Source of the DNA: an uncultured Methanosarcinaceae archaeon
GTDB lineage: Archaea > Halobacteriota > Methanosarcinia > Methanosarcinales > Methanosarcinaceae
Assembly (NCBI GenBank): GCA_963721455.1
Contig: CAVRJG010000051.1
Coordinates: 1 to 64,000 of the forward strand
Direction: 5' to 3'
DNA: 64,000 nt
Shown: in pieces, positions 1 through 10,437 of the stretch
How positions within the stretch are numbered: position 1 is the stretch's first letter
Layout: every line of letters starts with the position of its first letter
Translations under genes and position numbers: made by a program
The notes under the pieces: model-generated
Databases searched by the model: none
What the model was told of the DNA's origin: nothing
The model's input: only the letters and a program-made list of their open reading frames with translations

Positions 1-82
1 ACTTTTTATTATTTTCTGGTCTTCCGATTTTTCTCTGAATCATACAAAACAATAAAATTTTAATTTCATTGAAATAATTTAT

Positions 83-1375
83 TTGTTAATGGGAAAAGGA
101 AACAAAGCAATAGATAAGTCAATGATAAAAACGATCTTCGAAGGTAATATAATAATTCCTTTGCCTAAAGTCTTACTTGAGAATCGATACCATTCTATGT
201 TCTCTTTAATATCTCCGACTCATTGTGATTTTTGTGGCACTAAACTAAATGTGAATTCTCACTATACCCGTTCAATTCTCACGAGTTATGGCACCATAAC
301 TTGCAATATTACATACTGGATTTGTCCTAATTGTGAGAAGCATTTTCATGATCATATCGTTGGTGTTTCTGGATCTGCAAATTACAGCGATGAGTTCTAT
401 GACAAACAAATGTTTGTCAGATACAATGGTAGATGCAGCCTTCACAATTCCTGTATTATAGGTGAAACATATACAGAAGGCTTGACTGATATATGTGGGC
501 GAGCTCCTTGTGCCTCTTCATTATGGTTGCATGAGCAAAAACAAGCCGAATTTTCTAAGCAAGAACTTTTAGATCAAAAAGTTGGCTTTGACCGAACATT
601 GTATGTTGATGGGGATTGGATCAAAAAAGGATGGAAAAAGAAGTTTGAAACTTTGATGGGAAGAGAAATTACAGTAAAAGAATGGAAGAAGATGCGATAT
701 AAATCCGTTTACGTTATCGCCACAAAAGAAAAGGTAATTTTGGATTTTGAGATTACCGACAGATTACCAACAATTGAGGCTTTGAGTCCTCTTTTTATAC
801 GAATCAAAAACCGATTTCCTGAAGGCAAGATACAAAAGATCGTTTCTGACGAGGATAAAGCAATCATTGGAGCTATAAAGAATGTCTTCCCTGAAGTGAC
901 TCATTCCTTTTGTGTGTTCCATCAATTAAAAAACGTTAGCAAGAGGTATAGTGATGAATTCAACTCTATCACAAATATTCCAGATAATGATGAGCTTGTG
1001 TACAATGAGATCTGTCAATTAATACGCTCTGATACGGTAATCAGTGCTGTTGTATGTTTTCAAAAGATACAAGAATTGGATTCTGGTCTGGAACTTTCAA
1101 AAGCGTCTCATAAAGCGATTTCTTATGCAAAAGAAATTTTCACGAAAAATGTAAGCTTTTTGAAAAAAGGGTTTACACCTGAGACAGATAATACAATGGA
1201 ACAGATATTTTCTTTGATAAGTGATGTTGTAGACAAAGCAAGATCATTCAAAACTGATAGTGGTCTAACTAATTTTTGTTACAATTTGTTTACTTATTTC
1301 AACAAACGGTGTTTCCGCACTGGTAAATGGAGAGGATTCTCTCCCTTAATGAGGGCAAGATTCCAGTATGGATAA
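83..1375 (+). mobile_element. DDE transposase of an insertion sequence (family uncertain; MULE/IS256- or IS6-like fold); probable right end near 1406-1428
   Basis: N-terminal CDFC...CPNC zinc ribbon; acidic motifs YVDGD, IVSDED and TDNTMEQ; HSFCVFH motif typical of DDE transposases. The left end lies outside the window. Confidence 0.8.
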
Positions 1376-1596
1376 ATAATGGGTAAATAGAAACTTTCAA
1401 TCTAAATCTGCAACATTATAGCGGTAGCTATCGAATAATGATGGCAAAAATCAGAAATTTGGATGAAAAATGAAAGAGTTTAGATATGAGTGGATCAATT
1501 TTTCCAAAATGAGGAAAAAGGTATAATGAATATGGATGGAATTCCATTGTTCTTTTAAAATTGGAGAAGAACCAGAAAAAATTAAAAAGACTCTCT

Positions 1597-1879
1597 ATTT
1601 TTGACTAATTTTCCACCATAATATTACTTTATTTTCCGTGTCTATTGATGTTGAAGTTTTCTGAGAGCTTTTACGAAGCTTCTCTGTCCTTCTGGAATAA
1701 TAATAACTTGCATAAAAACTTGTAATTTTGGTGCATCAATTGCTGTAATAGAGACATTTCCCGATTGAAAAAATAGATTTAGAATTTTTGACAAAAGGAG
1801 ATTAAAAAGAGAAGAAGGAATCCTGTTACAAACTTTTGAAGAGCAGTGAAATATGGAATCTTAAGCAGATCAAGTATTC
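1597..1879 (-). pseudogene. Decayed IS5/IS4-like transposase fragment
   Basis: Minus-strand translation across frameshifts gives KIPYFTALQKFV / IPSSLFNLLLSKILNLF / NVSITAIDA / YASYYYSRRTEKLRKS / TSIDTENKVILWWKISQK, resembling Methanosarcina IS5-type transposases. An IS-end-like GGTTCTGTAGAACTC lies at 1880-1894. Confidence 0.7.
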
Positions 1880-2093
1880 GGTTCTGTAGAACTCTTTTAA
1901 GTTGGATTTTTATTCTATGTTTTTAATATAGATTATTTATTTGATGCTATAATAATGTCACAAGCAATGATTAAATAATAACAAGTTCTTACAGTGAAGA
2001 GCATATTTTAGGAAAAATTATTTAGGATAGAAAGTTTCATAAATATTTCCTCGAAACTGTGAAATTTAATCAAATATATTAATATGTGACAAT

Positions 2094-2954
2094 ATGACAG
2101 ATAATAATGAGGATATTGAGCATCAAGATTTTTTACGACATAGGAAAGAGTTTGAGCTTTTTTATAGTAAAGTATCAAAGTATGCTACTTTTGAGAACTC
2201 AACTATTGTAGATATTGGCGCAGGTTGGGGGATGCATATTGGTTTTATTGTAAACAGTGGTGCCAAATATGTCACTGGCATAGATATTGCCGATTATATT
2301 AATTATTTTAAAAACGATTATAAGCTTAAAGTTTCTCAATATTATGAAAAATATGGTTATAAATTTATTTCAAATAATTATGATTTAGTTAGAATGGATG
2401 CCCAAAAAGTTGCATTAAAAAGCTCATCTTTTGATATTGCTGTATCAATTAATGCTTTTGAGCATATCCCAAATCCTGAACTAGCGCTTTTAGAATTAAT
2501 CAGAATCTTAAAGCCAGGTGGATATGCTTTTATTAGCTTTATTCCAGTATTCTTCTGTGATGAAGGTTCTCATATGACCGAGTTTGTCAAAGAGCCTTGG
2601 GCTCATTTAATATATAGCGAAGAAGAATATATTAAATTGCTTAGGGATGCAACACCGGGTACTGAGTATTATGTTAATGAATTTAAATATGGTCTTAATA
2701 AGCTACCAAGGAAATTTTATTTAGATTTATTTAATAAATATAATAGTCCCAATAATGGCGAAAAATTTACTAACATAGTTAAAAAGTTATTTAATAAAAA
2801 TTATTGTAAGTTTAGTATTATTGAAACTGAAGAATGGAAAGGGGTCGGAGATGAAAAAAATTTATTACATGAAAACTTTGAAAAATTGAAAAAAAGATAT
2901 TCCTCTGAAGATTTACTTTTTCGGGGCATGAATTTAGTTTTAAGAAAAAATTAG
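2094..2954 (+). CDS. Class I SAM-dependent methyltransferase (probably glycan-related)
   Basis: Motifs IVDIGAGWG, FDIAVSINAFEHI and RILKPGG; very AT-rich coding sequence. Confidence 0.85.
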   Translation: MTDNNEDIEHQDFLRHRKEFELFYSKVSKYATFENSTIVDIGAGWGMHIGFIVNSGAKYVTGIDIADYINYFKNDYKLKVSQYYEKYGYKFISNNYDLVRMDAQKVALKSSSFDIAVSINAFEHIPNPELALLELIRILKPGGYAFISFIPVFFCDEGSHMTEFVKEPWAHLIYSEEEYIKLLRDATPGTEYYVNEFKYGLNKLPRKFYLDLFNKYNSPNNGEKFTNIVKKLFNKNYCKFSIIETEEWKGVGDEKNLLHENFEKLKKRYSSEDLLFRGMNLVLRKN

Positions 2955-3179
2955 TACAGGTATAAATAATTTTAGATCAATAATATGGTCCCTGGAAGCA
3001 ACTTTTATGTTCACGCTATCGCTATCGTTATATTGCAAATTACCTTTGTAGGAAGCCTTTAATTTATATAATTTCAAGCTTTTTAGTTGGTTTGCAGTCA
3101 GATTTTTTAAGTTTAAATTTAACCTTATAATGCCACCCTAGAGAGTTTCGATTGAGTCAATTAAACAACAATAAATTCT

Positions 3180-3265
3180 CTAGTGTCACGCCAATAGCAT
3201 TATGTTTACAAAACCTCTTGTAACTATTAGCAGCTTCAAATCTGTGATAATTGATGCGACATTAG
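3180..3265. repeat. Degenerate ~86-bp MITE-like element (CTAGTGTCACGCCAAT...ATTGATGCGACATTAG)
   Basis: Imperfect terminal inverted repeat. Length and internal words (caaYagca, ttgYaactatt, aatct) match the element at 11927-12016. Confidence 0.6.
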
Positions 3266-3536
3266 TTTGTTGTGTGTAGTATTGTTTAATCTCTCACTAT
3301 ATTGCCAAATCCTACATTCCGCAGTATTTTTTCGAAAATCAATAATTTTCCTGATAGCGTTTTTGGAACATATTCAAATAATTGAGGCTCGAACTGGAAC
3401 TTGGTGAAAATTGAGTGATATCGTTTTTTGGTCTCTAAATGCACCACATAGTTGCTTTTAACTTCTGCACAGAAATTCAATATATTCGTGTTAGATTGAA
3501 AATCGATAACAGGAAAAATTATGAATATACTAAAAT

Positions 3537-4530
3537 TTACTGCGGAAAGTGGGCAAATTCATTAAAAATCTCTTTTAATTCTTCATCTGTATCAAATAAA
3601 ATGTCATTTTCTTCAAGTTGTTCTGCCAATCCTCCGACATTTGAAGCGATAACCTTTTTATCAAATAATTTAGCTCTTCCAAGCACTCCAGAACTCCATA
3701 TTTCTCTATAAGGTATTACCATTACATCGCAAGCAATTATCCACGTATCGAAATCTTCATCAGACAAATATCTCTCTACAACATGGATTTGAGAGTTTTC
3801 TGCAGCAGTATTTTTCAATTTTTCAAGATAATCTACATATACATCCCATTGAATCCTTAAGGAACCAACTATATAAAGATGCATTTTTTCATTATTAACA
3901 CTTTTAAATGCCTGAACTGCTCTGTCATATCCTTTATGAGGTTGAATAAAGCCGATGCATAGAAATACCATTGCATTAGTAGGAATTCCTAACTCTTCTC
4001 TGGCTTCTTTTTGCGAAATATCTCTAAACTTATAAAAGTAAGCATTTGGAGATCGCAATTCGTAAGATCTCTTGGATAAATTGAAATAATTTCCAAAATC
4101 ATCAATCTCTTTCTGTGTGTGAAAAACAGAATTCGGGCATAATCGCCATTTCATCTTCTCTAGATGATAGGTCAAGGCAGACGAATGTAACCTTGGAAAT
4201 TCATGTACGTCTACTTCTAACTTCTGCCTTAACATTAAAAAGATTAAATAAAATGAAAAATGAGTCATTAATATACTAATGATATTCCTCTTATTTTGAT
4301 CGTCATAATAAAAAGATTCATGATATTGAATTACTATTCTATCATAAAATAAAGCATATTTCAATATTTTAAGAAGATTTGCATTCCCTTTTAGCTGAAG
4401 GGAAAAATCACCCCCTGTACCTTCGAGGGATATTATATTAACAACGTGACCTCTCATTTCGTAAATATTTTACCGTTTGAAAAGCATAAGTCCCGATTCC
4501 ACATTTATTAGGAGGGTAGGTTGAAATCAT
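3537..4530 (-). pseudogene. GT4-family glycosyltransferase with a +1 frameshift near 4452 (or a sequencing error)
   Basis: ATG at 4530 gives MISTYPPNKCGIGTYAFQTVKYLRNE, a typical GT4 N-terminus, out of frame with 3537..4457 (GHVVNIIS...GFIQPHKG...PYREIWSSGV...IASNVGGLAE). Confidence 0.8.
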
Positions 4531-4541
4531 TAAATATTTAA

Positions 4542-6890
4542 TTATAACCCCCCCACCCTATTTGTAATCTCTTTACCTGCAATCCTTGAGATTTTATTCC
4601 AATCATATTTCTCAGCAAGAAGTCTCGCATTCTTTGAAATTTTATCCCTTAAAGAGCAATCGTCTAATAATTTTTGGATTGAATCCTGAAATTCATCAAG
4701 TTCTGAGATAATTCCGTTTTCGTAATTATTAAATTCAATCCCTCTAGCGCCAACTGGTGTGGTTATTATATTCAGCCCTGCTGCCAAATAATCAAAAACT
4801 TTAACATTTGTACCGGAACCTTGAGTTACTGGATTAAGAGCAAAATCAGAACACGATAAAATTCTTTTTTTCTCCTCCGAACTCACAACCCCCATCAAAA
4901 TCACATTTTGTTCAAGCTGCTTTTTCATTTTTCTATTAATAGTATCGCACACACTCCCGACCAGAACGAAGGTTACTCTCTTTAATGATGGTGCAAGGTT
5001 TTTACATATATATTCAGCAGCATCATCATTGGGTTTATATCCTCCACTTGCCAGAAAAACAGCTACGATTTTATTTTCAAAACCAAATTGAGACTTTATG
5101 CATTCTTTTTCATCAGCACTCACGGGAGTTATATCATTTATCGAAGCGCCATTTGGAACCAGTAATATTTTCTTTAGATCTGCACCGTAAACTTCAGAAA
5201 AGGCTTTAGAATCGTTACTGGAACATGCAAATATCAAATCTGAGTCTTTTACTAACTGTTCCTCTACACTATGAACCAAATTGGCTAAACGCTTCTCCAC
5301 AAGTGTGGAGTTTAAGATATTTTTTTTAATATTATATTCCAGATTATGGGAATCATAAATCAAAAGAGGTTTCTCTTTCATATCTGCAATTTCCTTTTTT
5401 ACATAAGGATATACCCATGGATGAGAAACAATAACGACATTTGCTTGTGTGCATAAAATATTCAATCTCCGTTGATATTTCGGAGTTAATTTCATTAATA
5501 GAGGAATCGTTACATCTAAAGTGGTTTTTCCGGCACATAACCTACTGATAATCTTATCTATTGTAATGTGAGGTACCGTCATTGGCACCAATATCTCTGT
5601 AAAATGATCGGCAAGTTTTTGTTCTCTTTCTTCAGGGCCCAACCAATCAAAGGTACCCAAATAGGTTATGTCAAAAATTTCAGGATCAAAGTTTTTGTAT
5701 AATTCATAAATCCTTACTCTTCCTCCACCAATTGGGGGGTCCAGAATTTGGTTGTCTGTAACAAGAACTTTTACTTTTTTTGGCTCCTCAACAGAGTGTG
5801 AAGTATTTCCCTCTTCACGAGTCGGCAAACTTGGTTCTTCAAAAGAACAACAAGTACTTTCCTCTTCACTGATCGACAAAATTTCAGAAACAACGTTTTC
5901 CCAAGAGATATCCTGAACAAGTTTGCAGCCTTCTTCCCCCATTTTTCTGGCATCTTCTGGGTTTTCAATTAAATAATTTATTTTTTCAGCAATTTTTTTG
6001 GGGTCAGGCTCAACAACATAGCCACTGATTCCATCTTTTACTATCCTTGCAGGCTCCCCAGAATCAGAGCATGTAATTACCGGTTTTTTGCTTTTGTAAG
6101 CTTCAACAGTTATTAATCCGTAGTCCTCATTTATAGGTACAAAAGGCACGACAATAGATTTTGAATATAACTCCACTAGTTTTTTATCGTCAATCCAACC
6201 TACAAACTTTATTCTATTATCATTCTTTGCCAATTCCTTGTATTGCCTTTCGTCTTCCCCTCTACCTGAGATTACCAGATCTATATTATGGTTAACATAC
6301 TTCATCGCGTTTATTATCAAATCTGGCCTTTTCCAGCGATGCAACCTTGTTGGGAAAAAAATTATTTCTCCCTTCTGTGGTTCCCTATAGTTCTCAACTT
6401 TTGGGGGATGATGGAGAACTTCGAAATTTACTTTTTTCCAGAAATCATCTACTTCCATCATCCTTTCATAAACGGGAGCTCCATTAACGAAATGCTTTTT
6501 TACTCTTAAAGGGTCTAATCCATGTTTATCACATTCGCGAATCAATTTTCGCTCTTTCTGTTTTTCTTTATCCCGCGGATCAAATTCCCGATCAAACATA
6601 TCGTAAAAAACGCGAATTGTATGCAAAAGATACGAGACGTGATTCCTATGCCTTACCATATAGGTCGGTGCCTTCGTCGAGACAACAAGATCATAGTCAT
6701 CAAGATCAAGGTAGAAACAGTTTGAATATGCTTCAAGAATACCCTCAAAAGATGATTCATCTACCAAAACTTCAACTTGAACAGCTGAATGTCCGGCCTT
6801 TTTTAAAGCGATAACCAAGCCCTCATAAAGATTCTCTGCTCCACCCTTTTCCCCATTTAAATTTCTTGGAGTAACGACAGCAATCTTCAT
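4542..6890 (-). CDS. Two-domain GT4 glycosyltransferase (WbdA-like polymerase candidate)
   Basis: Two GT-B modules (GGAE...EDYGLITVEA; GGGRVRI...GSGTNVKVFDYLAAG) joined by an acidic linker with a 51-bp imperfect duplication (5782-5883). Confidence 0.9.
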   Translation of the reverse strand: MKIAVVTPRNLNGEKGGAENLYEGLVIALKKAGHSAVQVEVLVDESSFEGILEAYSNCFYLDLDDYDLVVSTKAPTYMVRHRNHVSYLLHTIRVFYDMFDREFDPRDKEKQKERKLIRECDKHGLDPLRVKKHFVNGAPVYERMMEVDDFWKKVNFEVLHHPPKVENYREPQKGEIIFFPTRLHRWKRPDLIINAMKYVNHNIDLVISGRGEDERQYKELAKNDNRIKFVGWIDDKKLVELYSKSIVVPFVPINEDYGLITVEAYKSKKPVITCSDSGEPARIVKDGISGYVVEPDPKKIAEKINYLIENPEDARKMGEEGCKLVQDISWENVVSEILSISEEESTCCSFEEPSLPTREEGNTSHSVEEPKKVKVLVTDNQILDPPIGGGRVRIYELYKNFDPEIFDITYLGTFDWLGPEEREQKLADHFTEILVPMTVPHITIDKIISRLCAGKTTLDVTIPLLMKLTPKYQRRLNILCTQANVVIVSHPWVYPYVKKEIADMKEKPLLIYDSHNLEYNIKKNILNSTLVEKRLANLVHSVEEQLVKDSDLIFACSSNDSKAFSEVYGADLKKILLVPNGASINDITPVSADEKECIKSQFGFENKIVAVFLASGGYKPNDDAAEYICKNLAPSLKRVTFVLVGSVCDTINRKMKKQLEQNVILMGVVSSEEKKRILSCSDFALNPVTQGSGTNVKVFDYLAAGLNIITTPVGARGIEFNNYENGIISELDEFQDSIQKLLDDCSLRDKISKNARLLAEKYDWNKISRIAGKEITNRVGGL

Positions 6891-6899
6891 TTTTTCACC

Positions 6900-8363
6900 T
6901 TATTTCTTACCTACAACAACATAATCCTGCGGGCCGTATAGTCGGTAATTCAAAAGTTCGATATTATGATTGTAGATCTCTGCATCTGCTTTCTTCCTCT
7001 CATCCATTTCTTCAAAAACCGGGAGTTTTTGCAACCTTGCTTCGTCCTCCACAGGAGAAATAAACTGCATATCTAGGTCTCTGAAACCTGATGATTTAAT
7101 TAGAAACTTCAAAGTTTCAGGGTGCACTGGTCTAACATGTGTTAAATCAATGTAAAAGTTGGCAAAAGAGAAAAATGAAAGTGGATTTACGGTTTCGACC
7201 ACAATATGATAACCAAAGTTTAATTTTTGGTAACATAGTTTTAGTAGCCTGATTAAACAACTGGCTTCTAGGTGCTCAACCACCTGGTCAATAAAAACCC
7301 CATCGAGGCTATTATCATCGAGCTTTTCAAGGTATTGTATTGCATCATTTTTCTCTACATCTAACCCTTTTATGAGACAATAACTTACCATATCGTCATC
7401 TATATCCACGCCTTTTGCACCAACACCCTGTTCTTTTGCTAACTCCAGAAATTCACCTCTTCCGGATCCAATATCAAGGACATTAGAACATCCAGCAAAA
7501 TAATTCATAAACTTAGATTGACGTCCTTTTATATCTTCACTTGAGCCGCGAAACTTATTCTCAAAGTCCACATAGTTTATTTCCAAATTTTGGGACCCTG
7601 AAAGTATAGTTTTCTGATGTTCAAAATCTTCTTCAATTTTACTTTCAACTATGGATGAACATTCTTTATTATCTGTCTTGGAGTCAATTGAAGAAATTGC
7701 CATATCAATTTCATTCATTATTTTTTCGAGAAATTCCAACCTGAGCAGATCGATCTTTTTGTTAATTTCAAGTCTAAGTTTGTCTATCTTTGTGTCTATT
7801 TCCGGTCTGAGCTGGTCTATTTTGGTGTCTACTTCCGGCCTTAGCTGGTCTATCTTTGTGTCTATTTCCGGCCTTAGCTGATTTATCTTTGTATCTATTT
7901 CCGGCCTTAGCTGGTCTATCTTTGTGTCTATTTCCGGCCTTAGCTGGTCTATCTTTGTGTCTATTTCCGGCCTTAGCTGGTCTAATCTGTTACTTACATC
8001 GTTCAGGAGTTTAACTGCACTCCTATTAAACTCCGATTGTTTCCAGACAACCGGATCTACATACCTTCTGACTTCCCCATGCACCAGTTCTCTACCTTTA
8101 ATTAAGTATCTCCCCACAACCGGACGATGAGAACTTATGAAATAACTGCTGTTCTGAGTATCCCAGTTTGAATTTAAATAATCAAGATCTCTTCTAGTGT
8201 TATTTTCACTAAAAGATCCCTCAGGTAAAGAACCTTTATGAAGATCAACGCTTTTCTCCGAAAAGGCCTCTCCTCCTTTTCGTTTACGTATGTTTTCCCT
8301 TATTTTTCCCATAATTTCTTCAACGTTGATTTCTTCTCCATTATTAATCTCAAAAGTATCCAT
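6900..8363 (-). CDS. Class I methyltransferase with an N-terminal helical/repeat stalk (glycan chain-terminator candidate)
   Basis: C-terminal FENKFRGS..VLDIGSGRGEFL..QVVEHL..FYIDLTHVRP methyltransferase domain; 11-aa repeats DQLRPEIDTKI upstream. Confidence 0.85.
   Translation of the reverse strand: MDTFEINNGEEINVEEIMGKIRENIRKRKGGEAFSEKSVDLHKGSLPEGSFSENNTRRDLDYLNSNWDTQNSSYFISSHRPVVGRYLIKGRELVHGEVRRYVDPVVWKQSEFNRSAVKLLNDVSNRLDQLRPEIDTKIDQLRPEIDTKIDQLRPEIDTKINQLRPEIDTKIDQLRPEVDTKIDQLRPEIDTKIDKLRLEINKKIDLLRLEFLEKIMNEIDMAISSIDSKTDNKECSSIVESKIEEDFEHQKTILSGSQNLEINYVDFENKFRGSSEDIKGRQSKFMNYFAGCSNVLDIGSGRGEFLELAKEQGVGAKGVDIDDDMVSYCLIKGLDVEKNDAIQYLEKLDDNSLDGVFIDQVVEHLEASCLIRLLKLCYQKLNFGYHIVVETVNPLSFFSFANFYIDLTHVRPVHPETLKFLIKSSGFRDLDMQFISPVEDEARLQKLPVFEEMDERKKADAEIYNHNIELLNYRLYGPQDYVVVGKK
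7782..7984. repeat. 33-bp in-frame tandem repeat, 6 near-perfect copies plus 2 degenerate copies toward 7715
   Basis: Unit gtctatctttgtgtctatttccggccttagctg, encoding DQLRPEIDTKI on the minus strand. Confidence 0.95.
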
Positions 8364-8380
8364 AATTTTACATCCTAAAC

Positions 8381-9658
8381 TCAGATCTTCCAGTTGCAGG
8401 GTACCTCGAAAAGTCCACTTTCTCTACATGTTGGAATTACATCAAAAGAATACAGTTTATCATGCCAGTCATAAGGCTTATGATCATGAGTATGCACCGC
8501 TACTGTCAAAAAAAATCTTCCTGTTATCATTGGGATTCTTTCTATCATAAGGTCAATATGTCCTTTGCCTTCAAGTAAATCAATTGAAATATCTTTTAAT
8601 TCTGTATTTGTACCAAACAGGCTTTCTCCATTTTCAGAATAAATAGCAATGCCGAAAACCGGATCAGGGACTTTTCGATGCGCGTTGTAAAAGATCCTTA
8701 CTGTCATCGGATCAAAAGAGTTAAATCTGGCTCCTTTATTACCAAATTTATCATAAAAGTCTACATGGGTAATTTCAACTGTTTTATCCCCCCATCTGGG
8801 AGTTTTCCCTTCAGATTTCTCTTCAGATTTCTCTTCAGATTTCCCTTCAGATTTCTCTTCAGATTTCCCTTCAGTTTCATCACCCTCCAGTGTATCCTCA
8901 TGATTTTCAGGAGAGTAAGGTACTACTTCATTTTTGCCACCATATACATAACGGTCAATTACATCTCCTGTATCCCCTAAGACTACCTGCTCTCCTTTAT
9001 TCAGAAGCAATGTCCTATCACAGAATCGTCTTACTGATCCAAGGTCATGCGAAACGAAAACAATTGTAACTCCATCTTTTCGATACTTGCTAAGCACATC
9101 AATGCACTTTTGTTGAAATTCCATATCTCCCACTGCCAGAACTTCATCCATCAAAAGGATTTCCGGATCAGTTTGAATTGCCGTTGAAAAGGCAAGTCTT
9201 ACCTGCATGCCTGAAGAAAAGTTTTTGAGTTTCGTATCCCTGAATTTCTCAAGTCCTGCGAATTCAATAATATCGTCTAGTCTATCATTAATTTCTCTTT
9301 TCTGCATACCCATGATGGTTGCATAAATTTTTACGTTTTCTGCAGCCGTGAGATCATGCTGGAAGCCAACTCCAAGTTCAAGGAAGGGAGTGAGTTTCTT
9401 TAGGGCAGTAACCCTCCCTGACGACGGACGTAAGATATTTGCAATAATTTTCAATAAGGTGCTCTTTCCACTTCCGTTCTCTCCAATAATCCCAAGGGCT
9501 TCCCCTTCTTCAACTTTAAAATTAATATCCTTGAGCGCATGGAAAGTTTCATACGTAGGAGAGTTGAAAGCCCCGGTCAAAGTTTCAAATATAGTTGTTC
9601 TTTTTTCATGAGGTATGCGGAATGTTTTGTGCAAATGCTCAACTTCAATTGCTACCAT
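8381..9658 (-). CDS. wzt: Polysaccharide ABC exporter ATP-binding protein with C-terminal Wzt_C carbohydrate-binding domain
   Basis: GENGSGKST, FSSGMQVRLAF and LLMDEVLAVGD motifs; beta-rich C-terminal extension (VEITHVDFYD...PVFGIAIYS). Confidence 0.92.
   Translation of the reverse strand: MVAIEVEHLHKTFRIPHEKRTTIFETLTGAFNSPTYETFHALKDINFKVEEGEALGIIGENGSGKSTLLKIIANILRPSSGRVTALKKLTPFLELGVGFQHDLTAAENVKIYATIMGMQKREINDRLDDIIEFAGLEKFRDTKLKNFSSGMQVRLAFSTAIQTDPEILLMDEVLAVGDMEFQQKCIDVLSKYRKDGVTIVFVSHDLGSVRRFCDRTLLLNKGEQVVLGDTGDVIDRYVYGGKNEVVPYSPENHEDTLEGDETEGKSEEKSEGKSEEKSEEKSEGKTPRWGDKTVEITHVDFYDKFGNKGARFNSFDPMTVRIFYNAHRKVPDPVFGIAIYSENGESLFGTNTELKDISIDLLEGKGHIDLMIERIPMITGRFFLTVAVHTHDHKPYDWHDKLYSFDVIPTCRESGLFEVPCNWKI
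8804..8874. repeat. 12-bp in-frame tandem repeat x6 (SEGK/SEEK) in the Wzt interdomain linker
   Basis: Unit tttcYcttcaga repeated. Confidence 0.9.
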
Positions 9659-10437
9659 CAGATCTCCTCAGCAAATCTGGGTTCTAATCTGGAAAATATA
9701 ACATATCCGACAAGAAGGAAGAATATTGATGAAAGAAAAATAAATAAAAGATCCTCTATTTTAGCTGGAGTCGAATAAATAATAGTATCCCTTGCAGAAA
9801 TAATAATCCGTGCAACTGGATTCAATAAGGCAAACGTCTGTAGATTTTTAGGGAATATGTCAATAGTATAGAGTATAGGAGTTGCATAAAATCCAATCTG
9901 CAAAAGTACTTGCCAGATAAACTGCACATCCCTGTAAAATACATTCAGCGCGGAAAGTGCCAGAGCGATACCTAATGACATAATAAACAGGAGGATTATG
10001 ATAGGAAATACATATGCCAGATTGATAGAAATTGGTACCCTGAAATATATCATAAACATTATGAATACCAAAGACTCGAAGATGCTCATAAGCAGAGCTG
10101 TGATGCATGAAGAAATAACAAAGATCTCTCTTGGGAAGTAAATTTTCTTAACCATTTCTGGTTTTCCTACTATGGAAAACATTCCGATGGTAGTAGCTCT
10201 GCTCAAAAAACCCCATATAATAATTCCGATAAACAAGAACAGCTGGTAGTATTCTACCTGGACCTTCATTAAGTTTGAAAAAACCATGTATAGAACTAGG
10301 AGCATAAGCAGAGGTTCTAGAAGAGACCAGAAATAACCCAGTATAGAGTTTTTATATCTTAATTTAAACTCACTCCATGCCAGTTGCCAGATAAGATTCC
10401 TGTAGTCATAGAGCTCTTTCAGGTGATTAACAATCAT
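9658..10437 (-). CDS. wzm: Polysaccharide ABC exporter permease
   Basis: [29 protein letters not shown] and FYATPILY motifs; multiple TM segments; overlaps the wzt start. Confidence 0.92.
   Translation of the reverse strand: MIVNHLKELYDYRNLIWQLAWSEFKLRYKNSILGYFWSLLEPLLMLLVLYMVFSNLMKVQVEYYQLFLFIGIIIWGFLSRATTIGMFSIVGKPEMVKKIYFPREIFVISSCITALLMSIFESLVFIMFMIYFRVPISINLAYVFPIIILLFIMSLGIALALSALNVFYRDVQFIWQVLLQIGFYATPILYTIDIFPKNLQTFALLNPVARIIISARDTIIYSTPAKIEDLLFIFLSSIFFLLVGYVIFSRLEPRFAEEI

Noticed and set aside
7782-7984. 33-bp repeats as a CRISPR array
   Set aside because: The repeats are directly adjacent with no unique spacers, are in frame within a CDS, and there are no cas genes in the window.
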